Assembly (NCBI GenBank): GCA_963843575.1
Contig: CAWJKZ010000025.1
Coordinates: 160,001 to 224,000, forward strand
Direction: 5' to 3'
Source: an uncultured Acidobacteriota bacterium
GTDB lineage: Bacteria > Acidobacteriota > UBA6911
Length of the DNA: 64,000 nucleotides
Shown here: positions 9,443 to 20,294 of the stretch, piece by piece
How positions within the stretch are numbered: the stretch's first letter is position 1
Layout of the letters: every line of letters begins with the position of its first letter
Made by a program: the position numbers and the translations under genes
The notes under the pieces: model-generated
Seen by the model: the letters and a program-made list of their open reading frames with translations, nothing else
The model's database searches: none
Told to the model about the DNA's origin: nothing

Positions 9443-10783
9443 CTAAATGAACTTGCGGATCGCGGCGTTCTGCTCCAGCCACTCACGGAACTTGGGATGG
9501 GCGATGCCGATCAGCGCACGGCAACGCTCCCGGATGGTCTTGCCGTGGAGCGGGGCGGTACCGTATTCGGTGATGACGTAGTGGACGTCGCCGCGCGTCG
9601 TGACGACGCCGGCGCCATCGGCGAGGCGGGGCACGATGCGGCTGATCGTCCCGTTTTTCGCCGTCGACGGCAAGGCGATGATCGGCTTCCCCCCCTTGCT
9701 GCGGGAGGCACCACGGATGAAATCGACCTGGCCGCCGATGCCGCTGTAAAAAGTGAACCCGAGGGAATCGGCGCACACCTGACCGGTGAGGTCCACCTCG
9801 AGCGCCGAGTTGATCGCGACCTGCCGGTCGTTGCGGCTGATGATGAACGGATCGTTCGTGTACTGGCTCGGGTGAAACTCGAAAATGGGGTTGTTGTCGA
9901 TGAACTCGAAGAGGCGCCGTGTCCCGAGCACAAACCCCAGGATGATCTTGCCGGGGTGCAGCGACTTGCGTTCGTTGTTGATGACCCCCTTCTCGATCAG
10001 GTCGATGACCCCGTCGCTGACCATTTCGGAGTGGATGCCGATGTCCTTCTTCTCGACGAGGAAATTCAGCACCGCGTCGGGGATTTCTCCGATGCCCAGC
10101 TGCAGGGTCGAGCCATCCTCGATCAGGTCCGCGATGTAGCGTCCGATCTGGTGCGCCACATCGGACACGCCACCCTGCGGATACTCCAGGATCTCCTCGG
10201 TGACCTCGACCACGTGGTGGATCTTGTTCAGGTGAATGAAGGAGTCTCCCAGGGTGCGCGGCATCTTGGGGTTGACCTGGGCGATGACCACGCGCGCGTG
10301 CTCGGCCGCCGTCTTCGTGGTGTCGACGCTCACGCCGAAGCTGCAGAAGCCGTGCTCGTCCGGAGGGGAAACGTGAATGAGGGCCACGTCGATCGGGAAC
10401 GCGGCTCCGAAGAGCGATTCCACCTCGCTCAGGAACACGGGAATGAAGTCGGCGCGTCCCTCGTTGATCGCCTCCCTGACGTTGGCGCCGGCAAAAAATG
10501 CGACGTGGCGGAACTTGCCTTCCATTTCCGGCCGCACGTACTCGGCTTTCCCGCGCGTGAGGAGGTGGATGACGTTGACGTTGCGCAGTTCGCCGGCGCG
10601 GTCCACCATCGCCGCTATCAACCTCTGCGGCTCCGCACAGCCGGGGTGGATGTAGACCGTCGAGTTGCTCTGGATTTCACGCACGGCCTCCTCCGCCGTG
10701 CACCGTTTCCGCCGGTAGCTGTCAAGCCAGGCGGCAACCCGGCCGCCTGCCCGCTTCGTCCCCATCACTGGCATCTTCGACAT
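9443..10783 (-). CDS. Acetyl-CoA hydrolase / 4-hydroxybutyrate CoA-transferase family protein
   Basis: STLQLGIGEIPDAV, GIHSEM, SGIGGQVDFIRGA, VVTTRGDVHYVITEYG. Confidence 0.92.
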   Translation of the reverse strand: MSKMPVMGTKRAGGRVAAWLDSYRRKRCTAEEAVREIQSNSTVYIHPGCAEPQRLIAAMVDRAGELRNVNVIHLLTRGKAEYVRPEMEGKFRHVAFFAGANVREAINEGRADFIPVFLSEVESLFGAAFPIDVALIHVSPPDEHGFCSFGVSVDTTKTAAEHARVVIAQVNPKMPRTLGDSFIHLNKIHHVVEVTEEILEYPQGGVSDVAHQIGRYIADLIEDGSTLQLGIGEIPDAVLNFLVEKKDIGIHSEMVSDGVIDLIEKGVINNERKSLHPGKIILGFVLGTRRLFEFIDNNPIFEFHPSQYTNDPFIISRNDRQVAINSALEVDLTGQVCADSLGFTFYSGIGGQVDFIRGASRSKGGKPIIALPSTAKNGTISRIVPRLADGAGVVTTRGDVHYVITEYGTAPLHGKTIRERCRALIGIAHPKFREWLEQNAAIRKFI

Positions 10784-10825
10784 ATCCGGTCTCGCGAGCG
10801 CATGGTGAGTTGCATGCAGAGGGTC

Positions 10826-11941
10826 TCACACGTTGAGCGACTCGATCGGCACATAGGGCCAGCCCAGCAGGCCGGCGAGCCCTTCGTGTGTGCACCGTCC
10901 CCCGAGGAGATAGACACCCCGGCGCAGCATGGCGTTTTCGTGGACGGTTTCAGCCCCCTTCTCGCCCACCTCCTCGACGAAGGAGAGCACCACGTTGTTG
11001 AGCGCGTGTGAAGCCGTGCGGGCGACCGACGACGGGATGTTGGGCACGCAGAAGTGGGTGACCCCGTGCTTCTTGAACACGGGATCGGTCAGCCGGGTCG
11101 GCCGGCTGGTTTCCACGCACCCGCCCTGGTCGATGGAGACATCCACGATAACGCTCCCGGGCCGCATCTCGGAGACCATGCCTGCCGTGACGACGTGAGG
11201 AGTCTTCCGGCCGTGGATCAGGACGGCGCCGACCACAACGTCCGCCATGCCGACGTGGCGCTCGACGTTGTAGGGTGTCGCGAGGACCGTGTTCGCCGAC
11301 TTGTTGAGCAGTACCTCGAGCAGACTCAACCGCCGCAGGTCCACGTCCATGATGGTCACGTTCGCGCCGCAGCCGAGGAAGATGCGGGCGGCGGTGGAAC
11401 CGACCGTTCCGGCGCCGATGATGACCACGTTGGACGCCGGGATCCCGGCAACCCCGCCCAGCAGGACGCCTCGCCCCCCCTGGGTGGTCTCCAGGAGTTT
11501 GCCGGCGATCTGCGGCAGAAGCATCCCGGCGATTTCGCTCATGGCCGTGACCACCGGCAGATAGCCGGTGTTGTCCTCGATGAGCTCGTAACCGACGGCG
11601 GTGGTTTCGCGCTCCCTCAGAGTCTCGAGCACCTTGGGATTCGCCGACCCCAGGTGCACCGTGCTGAACAGGATCCGGCGCTCGGGGATCCACGCGCACT
11701 CGTCCAGCGTCGGAGGCATGAACTTGACCACCAGGTCGGCGCGCGCGAAGATCTCTTCCGGCGAGAACACGAGTGTCGCCCCTGCGGCTTCGTACTCGTG
11801 CCCGGAGAATCCGCTCCCCAGACCCGCTTCGGACTGCACGATGACCGAATGCCCGAGCTTCGCCAGGGCATAAACACCCGCAGGGGTGAGGGCGACGCGA
11901 CGTTCTTCACCCCAGGTCTCCTTGGGAATACCGATGATCAT
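10826..11941 (-). CDS. ald: Alanine dehydrogenase (divergent paralog)
   Basis: MIIGIPKE..EERRVALTP, MSEIAG, IIGAGTVG, DVSIDQGGCVETS, HFCVPNIPSSVARTAS. Confidence 0.85.
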   Translation of the reverse strand: MIIGIPKETWGEERRVALTPAGVYALAKLGHSVIVQSEAGLGSGFSGHEYEAAGATLVFSPEEIFARADLVVKFMPPTLDECAWIPERRILFSTVHLGSANPKVLETLRERETTAVGYELIEDNTGYLPVVTAMSEIAGMLLPQIAGKLLETTQGGRGVLLGGVAGIPASNVVIIGAGTVGSTAARIFLGCGANVTIMDVDLRRLSLLEVLLNKSANTVLATPYNVERHVGMADVVVGAVLIHGRKTPHVVTAGMVSEMRPGSVIVDVSIDQGGCVETSRPTRLTDPVFKKHGVTHFCVPNIPSSVARTASHALNNVVLSFVEEVGEKGAETVHENAMLRRGVYLLGGRCTHEGLAGLLGWPYVPIESLNV

Positions 11942-12363
11942 GGGCTGTTCCTCGTCACAGGACTCGTCATGGGAGGTGACGCACCGCAAAACCGCAACCA
12001 CGATCGTCCCTGGTTACCGTCCCTCAATAAACCCGCGGCCTGCCCCTGTCAAGCTGTCATCCCCCAGGCATTCGGCCGATCCCCACAGATCGATCTGGCG
12101 ACAGGCCGCGGTCGATCCGCGTGAATCCGTTGGATCCGCGGAATCTGCGTTCTGTTTTGGCTTCTGTTTTTCATCGCCCGTGTTGTTCTGCGTCCGCCAC
12201 GCACCCGTCCGGCACCGGAGCCGGGGAAGCCGGGGCGTGTCGTTTCCGGGATCGACTCCTCCCTTTCACGCGGCGAGCCTACCAGAAGTCTAACGGTATT
12301 GCCAATTTGGAGTACCGGAACCGGCACTTCCTCCGGGTGCTTCTTCACGTGAGGTGCAGCCCC

Positions 12364-13488
12364 TCAGTCGACGAGGGGCGGCCTGTCGACGCCGAGGAAC
12401 CAGCGGTCGAGGAGCACCCGGCGGGTGAACCAGGGATTCCGGAGCAATCCGGCGGCGGCCATACCGACCGCCCGGTCGGGGACGACGCGCGCCAACAATT
12501 TGGCCGGGGTCCCGGGCTGCTTCGTTATGTGGGACTCCAGCAGGGCCCCGTAGTTCCGAAGCCGCGGCGTCGAATAATCCCCCGCGGCTTCCAGGATGAC
12601 CCTGGCTGCCAGCAACCCCGATTCGATCGCCGGGCGGATACCCTCACCGCTCTGAGGATAGGCGAGGCCCGCCGCGTCGCCGACGAGCATCACCCCGTCG
12701 TGCAGACGTCTTCGGGGGCTGTACGCGCCCAGCAGATACGCGTGCCCGGGCAGGGCCGGCGTGCTGTCTCTGGGAATCCGGCCGCTGTCCCTCAGAAACC
12801 CGACGAACTCGCGGACGTGACCCGACACCTTTTGGCGATCCATCCGCCCCAGCCCGACGTTGACGAAGCCGGATTTGCGGAAGCACCAGCCGTACCCCTT
12901 CATGTCGCGACAGAAGAAGAGTTCCGGCACATCCGCGCGCACGGCGCACTGCCCCGCCTGAGCGGGATCCAGCCGAAACTCGACTTCCTGGGCCGCGACG
13001 ATGGGCTCTTCGCCCACGCGGGCTCCGAGGAAACGCGCCACGGGACAGAAGTGCCCGCCGGCGCCCACGACGAGCTTCGACCGGTAGGAGTCGTCGACGA
13101 TCCATGTGTCTCCACGCCGTTCCATGCGGTTGACCGTGCAATGTTCGACAACGCGAGCCCCGGAACGCGCCACGAGGTAGTGATCGAACTCGCACCGACG
13201 CACACCGTAGCTGACCACCCGGTCGTAGTCGGTCTCGACCGTGCGGCCTCCCATGCGCGAGGTGCGGAACCCCGTGATCGGCTGCAGCACCCGGCCCCTT
13301 GAGTAATCACACAGATCGAGCGCGAGTTCAGCCACGACGGGGGGAGTGATCCAGCCCCCGCAGACTTTGTCCCGGGGGAAGCCCGCCCTGTCGAGAATCA
13401 CAACATCGAGGCCTGCGTGCCGCAAACCCCAGGCGCAACTCGACCCGGCGGGTCCGCCCCCGACGATCAGGACATCGCAGGACTGCAT
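12364..13488 (-). CDS. Geranylgeranyl reductase-family FAD-dependent oxidoreductase
   Basis: MQSCDVLIVGGGPAGS, FPRDKVCGG, GYGWCF, LVGDAAGLAYPQSGEGI. The 786-aa track ORF is an artefactual fusion to the upstream frameshifted gene. Confidence 0.88.
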   Translation of the reverse strand: MQSCDVLIVGGGPAGSSCAWGLRHAGLDVVILDRAGFPRDKVCGGWITPPVVAELALDLCDYSRGRVLQPITGFRTSRMGGRTVETDYDRVVSYGVRRCEFDHYLVARSGARVVEHCTVNRMERRGDTWIVDDSYRSKLVVGAGGHFCPVARFLGARVGEEPIVAAQEVEFRLDPAQAGQCAVRADVPELFFCRDMKGYGWCFRKSGFVNVGLGRMDRQKVSGHVREFVGFLRDSGRIPRDSTPALPGHAYLLGAYSPRRRLHDGVMLVGDAAGLAYPQSGEGIRPAIESGLLAARVILEAAGDYSTPRLRNYGALLESHITKQPGTPAKLLARVVPDRAVGMAAAGLLRNPWFTRRVLLDRWFLGVDRPPLVD

Positions 13489-14724
13489 TGCTGCTCCGGC
13501 TGTGGGTCGGTGTCGGCGGCGTATAGGTGCCGCCGGGTCCATGGAATGGCGTTGTTTGTGCCCCGGGCAAACGTCACCTGGAAGAGTTGCAGCGACCCGG
13601 TGCGAAACGCGGCTAGCGAACCTGCGAGGTACAGCCGCCACGCCCGGACGAAGGCATCGCCGTACATGGCCGCCACCCGACCGGTCGACTCCTCGAAGCG
13701 AGACAACCAGTGCTCCAGGGTGCGGGCATAATGCAGCCGCAGGTTCTCCACGTCGAGCACCGAAAAATCGTAGTTCTCGAAAATGGTCATGGCGCGGCGC
13801 AGGGTCGGGGGTTGCGCGCCTGGGAATATGCGACGGCGGATCCAGGAATTCAGCGGCAGGTCCCGGTTCCTGCCGATGAAATGCAGGAAACCGCGTCCGG
13901 ACTCGTCGAGCACCCGGTCGATGACGGCACCGAGTTCCTCGTAGTTTTCCGGGCCGACGTGTTCGAGCATCCCGACCGAGACGAACGCGTCGTACCTGCT
14001 GGTGATGTTCCGATAGTCGTCCTCGATGAATTCGACCTGCCCGGCGAGCCCTTCCTCCTGCGCCCGGCGTCGTGCATAACGTGATCTGTTCGGAGGAAAT
14101 GTTGAACGCCTTCACCTGAGCGCCGTAACGGCGGGCCATGTACAAGGCGAGCGTTCCCCAGCCGCAGCCCGCCTCGACGACCCGGTCGCCGGCCCGCAAC
14201 CCGAGCTTGCGACAGACGTGCTCCATTTTTGCCGCCTGCCCCGCCTCGAGGGATTCCGAGCCGCCCTGCTCAAAATACGCGCACGTGTAGACGAGCCCCG
14301 CGTCGAGCCAAAGCCGATAGAAATCGGTACCGAGGTCGTAGTGACAGTGTATGTTCCGGCGCGACCCCTCCGGTGTGTTGCGCTGGGCCCAGTCCAGGTA
14401 GGCGGCGAGGGCCCGCCGGTACCAGGGCATGCCCTTTTGCGCTCTCAACCCGCGATACCCCTCGGTGAGCAGTTCAGACAGGTTTCCCTGGACTTCCACC
14501 TTCCCTGCGCTGTACGCATCCCCGAAGCAGTTCTCGGGATCGATCGCCATGCGGAACAGGCTGCCAGGCTCGCGCACGACGAGCGTCGCGATCGGCGGCG
14601 CGTCACGCGGGCAAATCTCGGTCCCGTCCCAGAGAACTACTCGCAGCGGCGGACTTCCCGATGCCGACAAGAGTGTTGCGACCAGACGTTTTTTGACGGA
14701 AGATCCGGACGAGCGGATGAGCAT
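13467..14724 (-). CDS. Cyclopropane-fatty-acyl-phospholipid synthase-family methyltransferase (frameshift near 14075)
   Basis: HYDLGTDFYRLWLD, YTCAYF, VEAGCGWG, then in another frame MLEHVG...IFPG...ENLRLHYARTL...WRLYLAGS. Confidence 0.88.
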
Positions 14725-14829
14725 GGTGTGACTCCCTCCGAGGCGTGTCCGGGCGGGGGGCCCTTTCCCGAGTCACTGCATGACGTGTAGAATTCTATCC
14801 CAATTTCCCCGTGAACGGGAGAACGGCAA

Positions 14830-15198
14830 ATGAGGCAGCGCGACTTCGACCGCGTCGTGGAGGAGGCCCTCGCCAGGATTCCAAAGCAGTTTCGGGACGC
14901 GATGGACAACGTGCAGATCGTGGTCGAGGATTGGCCGGACCCTGACCTCATGGAGGAGGTCACCGGTGACCCGGACGCCGTGCTGTACGGCCTGTTCACG
15001 GGGAGGCCCCTCACGGAACGCCACTTCGACGACTGGGGAGACCTCCCCGCCCTGATCCACATCTACAGGAAGCCGCTGGAAGAGGACTTTCCGGAGCGCA
15101 GCGAACTGGTGCGCGAGATCGAGGTCACGCTGGTACACGAGATCGCCCACCTGATGGGATTCGACGAGGAGACGTTGCGCCAATACGGTTACGATTGA
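14830..15198 (+). CDS. Zinicin-like metallopeptidase family protein
   Basis: LYGLFTG, IHIYRKPL, TLVHEIAHLMG (HExxH). Confidence 0.88.
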   Translation: MRQRDFDRVVEEALARIPKQFRDAMDNVQIVVEDWPDPDLMEEVTGDPDAVLYGLFTGRPLTERHFDDWGDLPALIHIYRKPLEEDFPERSELVREIEVTLVHEIAHLMGFDEETLRQYGYD

Positions 15199-15365
15199 CG
15201 TCCCGGAGCATCCGTTTTCACGTCCTGCCTGCCAGTTTCCCGGTGGCTGGTCGTCACGCGGCGACAAGCGAACACCCTCGTTTAGCCATCGTCTGCCCAC
15301 GGCGGCTGGAAGCGCGCCCCTTTTTGAGTATGATTTCTGACTGGAACCAGAACCGGAGGGACTTG

Positions 15366-16340
15366 ATGTCGCAGCAAAACAGAGACAGCACCAGCCCAGG
15401 GGTCGGCTCGTCATCGCCTCGCCGCAGATGGCTTAGGGAACCATTGTTCCGGGCCGGCACGGCGGCCATTGCCCTCGCGATCTGCCTTCCCGCACTTATC
15501 CCTCGGGAACAGAAGGTATCTATCCGGCTTCTGCCACGGGCAAACGAGACCATCCGCTTCCGCATGACCCAGGAGATGGATTTCGACATCACCGCTCAGG
15601 ATTCCGACCCGTCAGAGTCGCCGGCCAACCCCACCACCACGAAGGTGCTCGGCAAGACCGTCTTCGCTTTCACGGAAAAAACGGGCACCCTCGATCGGCA
15701 GCACCGTCTGCCGGTCGAGGTCACTTACGACCAGATCAGCATCGAGAGGACCGTCAACGGCGTCACCTCCCCCGGCGAGGGTCTCGGCGGCGACCTCGTC
15801 GGCCGCAAGGTCATGATGACCTATGACCGGAACGGCAAGATCGTCGACGTGAAGGTGCCCGCCGGCCTGGCGCTGAGCGCCGAGACGCTAAAGGAGACCA
15901 TGGCGGGGCTGCTCGTGAACCTGCCCCAGACTCCGCTCGCCGTCGGCGAGCAGGCCCGGATGCCGTTCTCCGCACCGCTTCCGGTCCCAACGCCGGCCGG
16001 GGACGACCTGAAGATGGCGGGCGAAATGCGCTACACGCTGGTTTCGGTGACCAGGGACGGGAACGACCGCATCGCCCGCTACGACCAGACCGTCGAGGCG
16101 AAACTCGTCACCACCGCCGAGCTGGCGCTCCCGAGCGGCCCCGGGAAGGTGCACATTTCCTTCACGCTGGTGGGGGCGGGCGGTCTTCAGCTGAACATCG
16201 ACAAGGGGGTCGTCCGCTCCGGCGAGGTGCAGAGCACGATTGACGGGAGCATGTACATGACGCCCGCGGGGTCTGAATTGAAGCTTCACACCCTGACGCT
16301 GCACGGCACGACCAGGACTTCGGCGGTCGAGGTGCGCTGA
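15366..16340 (+). CDS. Hypothetical exported beta-rich protein
   Basis: RBS GGAGGG before ATG 15366; N-terminal hydrophobic segment; long ORF with host-like codon usage. Confidence 0.65.
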   Translation: MSQQNRDSTSPGVGSSSPRRRWLREPLFRAGTAAIALAICLPALIPREQKVSIRLLPRANETIRFRMTQEMDFDITAQDSDPSESPANPTTTKVLGKTVFAFTEKTGTLDRQHRLPVEVTYDQISIERTVNGVTSPGEGLGGDLVGRKVMMTYDRNGKIVDVKVPAGLALSAETLKETMAGLLVNLPQTPLAVGEQARMPFSAPLPVPTPAGDDLKMAGEMRYTLVSVTRDGNDRIARYDQTVEAKLVTTAELALPSGPGKVHISFTLVGAGGLQLNIDKGVVRSGEVQSTIDGSMYMTPAGSELKLHTLTLHGTTRTSAVEVR

Positions 16341-16346
16341 AACGTA

Positions 16347-16877
16347 TCAGGTCCGCTTCGGGCCCGCCTTGAGCCGCCCCCTGAGCTTCGCAGTCTCCGC
16401 CTGGTGACACCAGAGGCACAGGGTGCGCAGATTGCCCAGATCGCACTCGCCTCCGCCCTCGGCCACCGGAACGACGTGATCGGCGTCCCAAAAGCTTTCG
16501 CGTCCTGCCGGCATGTCGAGGCGGCTCCGTAGTTCGAAACGCTTGCGCGCGGGAAGCATCCGGAATCGTCGGTAGAACTCCACGGTGTCCAGCGTGCAGA
16601 TGGCGCAGACGCCGCGATCGCGTGCGAATACGTGCTCGCGCAGGTAGCCCGGATCGGTGCGCAGCCTCCAGTCGTGCACGCACTCGTCGCTGCAGAAGGT
16701 GCGGCGGCCCGCTGCGACCTCGGTGCCGCAGCGCCGGCAGACACCGCGTCCGTTGGGCCCGCGCAACCGGGTCCGGCGCACCCATCCTCCTTTGCTCGTC
16801 CGCTGCGTGCTCAATCCCTGTCCGCCACCTCCTGGAGCGCCGTTCGAAGTGGGCCGCGTCGAGCCGCCGCGGCCCAC
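16347..16877 (-). CDS. HNH endonuclease with zinc-finger motifs
   Basis: CRRC...FCSDEC, RDRGVCAIC, WDADHVVPVAEGGGECDLGNLRTLCLWCH; start uncertain. Confidence 0.85.
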   Translation of the reverse strand: MGRGGSTRPTSNGAPGGGGQGLSTQRTSKGGWVRRTRLRGPNGRGVCRRCGTEVAAGRRTFCSDECVHDWRLRTDPGYLREHVFARDRGVCAICTLDTVEFYRRFRMLPARKRFELRSRLDMPAGRESFWDADHVVPVAEGGGECDLGNLRTLCLWCHQAETAKLRGRLKAGPKRT

Positions 16878-16898
16878 TCCTACTTTATAACAGCACCC

Positions 16899-16936
16899 AC
16901 AAAAAAGGGGGTGCCCTTACGGGGGCACCCCCTTTC
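16899..16936 (-). terminator. Rho-independent terminator after the OmpA-family gene
   Basis: Minus strand reads aaagggggtgccc-ccgtaa-gggcaccccc followed by a T run. Confidence 0.85.
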
Positions 16937-16956
16937 GCTGGAGCAACTGCCGGTGG

Positions 16957-19099
16957 TTACCGCGGCGAGAGCTCGATCTCGACACGCCGGTTCTGCTTGC
17001 GACCGGCCACCGTCTTGTTGTCGCCGATGGGATTATCGGTCCCGCCGTCCGTAACGGTGAGCCTGGATTCCTCGACACCCTTGCCCTTCAGGTAGTTCGC
17101 CACGTTCTGGGCGCGCTTGATGCCCAGTCCGCGATCCCTGCGGGTGGAGTCGGTGTACCCGATGATGTTGGCGCGCAGCCGCGGATCGTTCTGCATCCGC
17201 ACCGCGATGTCGTCGAGGGCGGCCTTGGCCACGTTGTCGACACGGGCGCTGCCCGGGGCGAAGCCTCCGGCGGTGCCGCGTTTCCCTTCGCTGGTAAGGC
17301 CGACCCGTTCGGAGACGTTCACGGTCATGCTGCACGAGGCACGGCCGCCGCGGCCGTCTTCGACCGTCGCGGTCACCGTGAACGTGCCGGCGCGGAGTCC
17401 GGTCGCGTCAAACGTGGCGGACTCGCCCGAACCCGTCACGGTACCACCCGTCGCGGACCAGGTGACGGTGGTCTTGTCGCTGTCCGGGTCGGAGGCGCGC
17501 ACCTGCAGCTGGACCGTCCCATTGGAGCGGACATCCATGCTGGTGGTCAGGCACTCGATTGTCGGCGGCCGGTTCGGTTTCTCCTGAACCGTCACCGTGC
17601 TCGAGCAGGTGGCTGTGAGTTCGCCATCGGATACCGTCACCGTCACCGTGTAGTTCCCCGGCTCGCGTCCTTCGGAACCAAACATGAGTTCCGGACCTGC
17701 GGAGGCCACGCGTTGGCCGTTGATCGTCCAGGTATAGGTGAGGGGATCGTTGTTCGGATCGGAGGCGGTAGCCCGGATGGTGGACGAATCACCGATGACC
17801 ACGGTGCTCGATTCGGGCGCACAGGTCACGGTCGGGGCCAGGTTCTTCTTAATTACCGTGATCTCGGAGCTGCAGCTCGCCTGGTGTTTGCCATCGGAGA
17901 CCGTCACGGTGACGGTGTATTTCCCGGGAGCGACGCCGGTCGCGTCGAAGGTCGCGGTGGAGTCCGTCCCCGAGATCTTGCCCCCGGTTGTCGACCAGGA
18001 GTACGTCAGCTTGTCGCCGTCCGGATCTACGGCATTGGCGCGCACCGCCGTGGTTTCATCCTGCTTGATCGTCGCGTTGGCGACGGCGCAGGTCACGGTA
18101 GGCGGGTCGTTCCGGCGCTTCCCGAACGCCAGTTGGGCCACCAGGCCATTGGTCTCGGCACCGTGGACGTCCAGGGTGGTGTTGTCGGGTGATGTGGCGC
18201 AGGCTGCCCCGATACCCGGCTCCCAGGGAAATCCAGTCCCTCGGATAGACACGCAGCCCGACGATCAGGTCGAGCGGGCTGCTCGGATTCAGGCCGAAGG
18301 TGCGGGACCCGAAAAAGGTCTTGCCGTCCACCTCGGCGATCACCTGGAACTTGCCGAAGTTGGGGAAGGCGGCGCCGCCGCGATACCAGAATTCGTGCTG
18401 CAGGTCGGCCAGCACGACTCCATCCATCTCCGGGTTGCCCACGAGGTTGATCATCGTGTTCAGGTGCAGACGTGCGTACCGCCCGGCGGATTTGGAGAAG
18501 AGGGCGCCCCAGCCGCCGTCGATCTCCCCGGTCCCCAGCCCGCGGTTGAGCTTGGTCTCGGAGTTGGCGGTCGGGAGCTTCACGAAGCCGACCAAGGCGA
18601 CGCTCAGCGGATCGTGCCGGTACTCGGAGAAGAGGTTGAACTTGCCGCCCAGCCGGACATCGCCGAGGCCGGTGGCCCGTTCGACCTCCATGAAAGGAGC
18701 GTCGTTGTAGAAATAGGCCGCGCGGGCGGGGGCCCACGACGGGACCGGCAGACGTCCCGGGAGCACCCGGTAGAACATCATGTTGTGCGCGGACACACGT
18801 TTCATCGGCTCGATCGAGCCGAAAACCTCGAGCCGGTCGGTGATGCCGAAGGCGGCCCCGACGGGGATGATGCTGAAGCGCAGGTCGCCCGGGTCCCTGA
18901 AGAACAGGGTGTACCCGAGGCTGAGGTTGGCCTCGTGTTTTCGCAGCGCCTCCGCGTCCCAGGTACGGAACAGGCCCGTCGTGCCGTCGAGGCTAGCAAC
19001 CTTGGGCGGCTTTTTCTCGTCCTGCTGAGCAACTGCCGAACCCGCCAGAAGTAGGATAATCAGAATTGCCGCTGAACATCTGCCCAGTTTAGTCACCAT
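16957..19099 (-). CDS. OmpA-family outer-membrane protein: N-terminal barrel-like domain, three PKD/Ig-like repeats, C-terminal OmpA domain (frameshift near 18190)
   Basis: RBS AGGAGG; signal peptide; three repeats PTxxC...DPDxDxLTYxW...YTVTVTVxDG...C; C-terminal IIGYTD...RAQNVANYL...RKQNRRVEI. Confidence 0.85.
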
Positions 19100-19245
19100 G
19101 ACTCGGCACCTCCTAAAGTGCTCAAGTAAAACTCAAGCCAGGGGAAGAGCAAGAGCTTTTCCCCTGCATGTATCTGCAGGGCGGCGCTTCGCGCCGCCGA
19201 CGAAACACGTCTCGCGCGGGCCCGGCCGCGTGCCGTCCCGTTTCC

Positions 19246-20250
19246 CTACGGAGTGACGCGGGTCGGGGTGCCGGTCTCGAGTTTGGGATTGTCGCGATCG
19301 CGCAACACGAGCGCGACTGCCACGGTCAGGGCGCCAACGGCTCCCAGTACCGCCAGGGCCATCCACTTCTTTCCACCGGTGGTGCGATTGACATCGGCCT
19401 GCGTCGCCGCGGTCGCCGCTGTTCCCGCCACCGCCGCGCCGAGCTCGACCGTCGAGGCACCCAACGCGGTCGCCGTGGTCTCGGCGAGGCCGCGCTCATC
19501 GGTGAAGACCGGGGAGTTCGGGGAACCGCCGAAATTGACTCTGCCGCCGGCAGCCTTGGCCGTAAAGACCACGGGGACCCCGGCCAGCGGTTGGCCGAGC
19601 GCGTCCGTGACGCGCGCCGCGACCGCGGCAGGGCGCCCGTTGAGCAGGGTCAGCCGCTCCGGGGTCGTGGAGATCTCGAGCGCGGCACCCGTCATGGCCG
19701 CGTCCTCGCGGCTGCCCGGATCGCCCGAAACTGCGAGCGTCCCGGAGCGCCAGGAGAAGCGCGCCTGGTACTCCGACGACTTGCCCAGGACATACGTGCC
19801 GTCGAACGTCTGAACCTTCACGACGGCCCCGGACGGGCCCTCGACCCGCACGGAACCCCGCAGCAGGCTGACGACGGTCGCATCGTCCCCAGCGCGCACG
19901 TCCACGTTGCTGTCTTCCAGGACGGAGATCCTGCCGGCCTGCTGCAGGTCAAGGCTCACCGAACCTGACCCGGTCCGGCAGGCCCATGCCCCCGGCTGCC
20001 CCGGCAGGCTCTTCCAGGCCACCTGTCCGACGCTGCCGGAAACGGCCGCCGGCACCTGCGAGAGACTCGCCGGTGAGCCCGGTCGCGGCTGCGCCGCGGC
20101 CAGCAACCCCGCAATCGGCGAGGAATAGACCTGCGGGTCGCCGGGGGCGGTCCCGATCTCCCGCGCGAATCCGGCTACCGCGCACAGATTCCACACGGTG
20201 ACACACAGGATAATTGCCACAGCCTTCCGCGTCATTTGCACGTCTTTCAT
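19246..20250 (-). CDS. Exported protein with FecR-like and Big_1 (Ig-like) domains and a C-terminal TM anchor
   Basis: Signal peptide; ISVLEDSNV...SLLRGSVRV; ARVTDALGQPLAGVPVVF...FTDERGLA; hydrophobic C-terminal helix. Confidence 0.65.
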   Translation of the reverse strand: MKDVQMTRKAVAIILCVTVWNLCAVAGFAREIGTAPGDPQVYSSPIAGLLAAAQPRPGSPASLSQVPAAVSGSVGQVAWKSLPGQPGAWACRTGSGSVSLDLQQAGRISVLEDSNVDVRAGDDATVVSLLRGSVRVEGPSGAVVKVQTFDGTYVLGKSSEYQARFSWRSGTLAVSGDPGSREDAAMTGAALEISTTPERLTLLNGRPAAVAARVTDALGQPLAGVPVVFTAKAAGGRVNFGGSPNSPVFTDERGLAETTATALGASTVELGAAVAGTAATAATQADVNRTTGGKKWMALAVLGAVGALTVAVALVLRDRDNPKLETGTPTRVTP

Positions 20251-20294
20251 ACCATGGTCTCCCTGCTCGTCGTTTCTGGAGCGCAAACCACCGT

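Noticed and set aside
12364-14724. 786-aa Cfa-reductase fusion protein
   Set aside because: The middle is out-of-frame nonsense; the real Cfa C-terminus is in another frame and the reductase has its own ATG at 13488.
16347-16877. HNH nuclease as part of a defence or RNA-guided system
   Set aside because: Stand-alone small gene with no adjacent methylase, array, RuvC domain or evident ncRNA.
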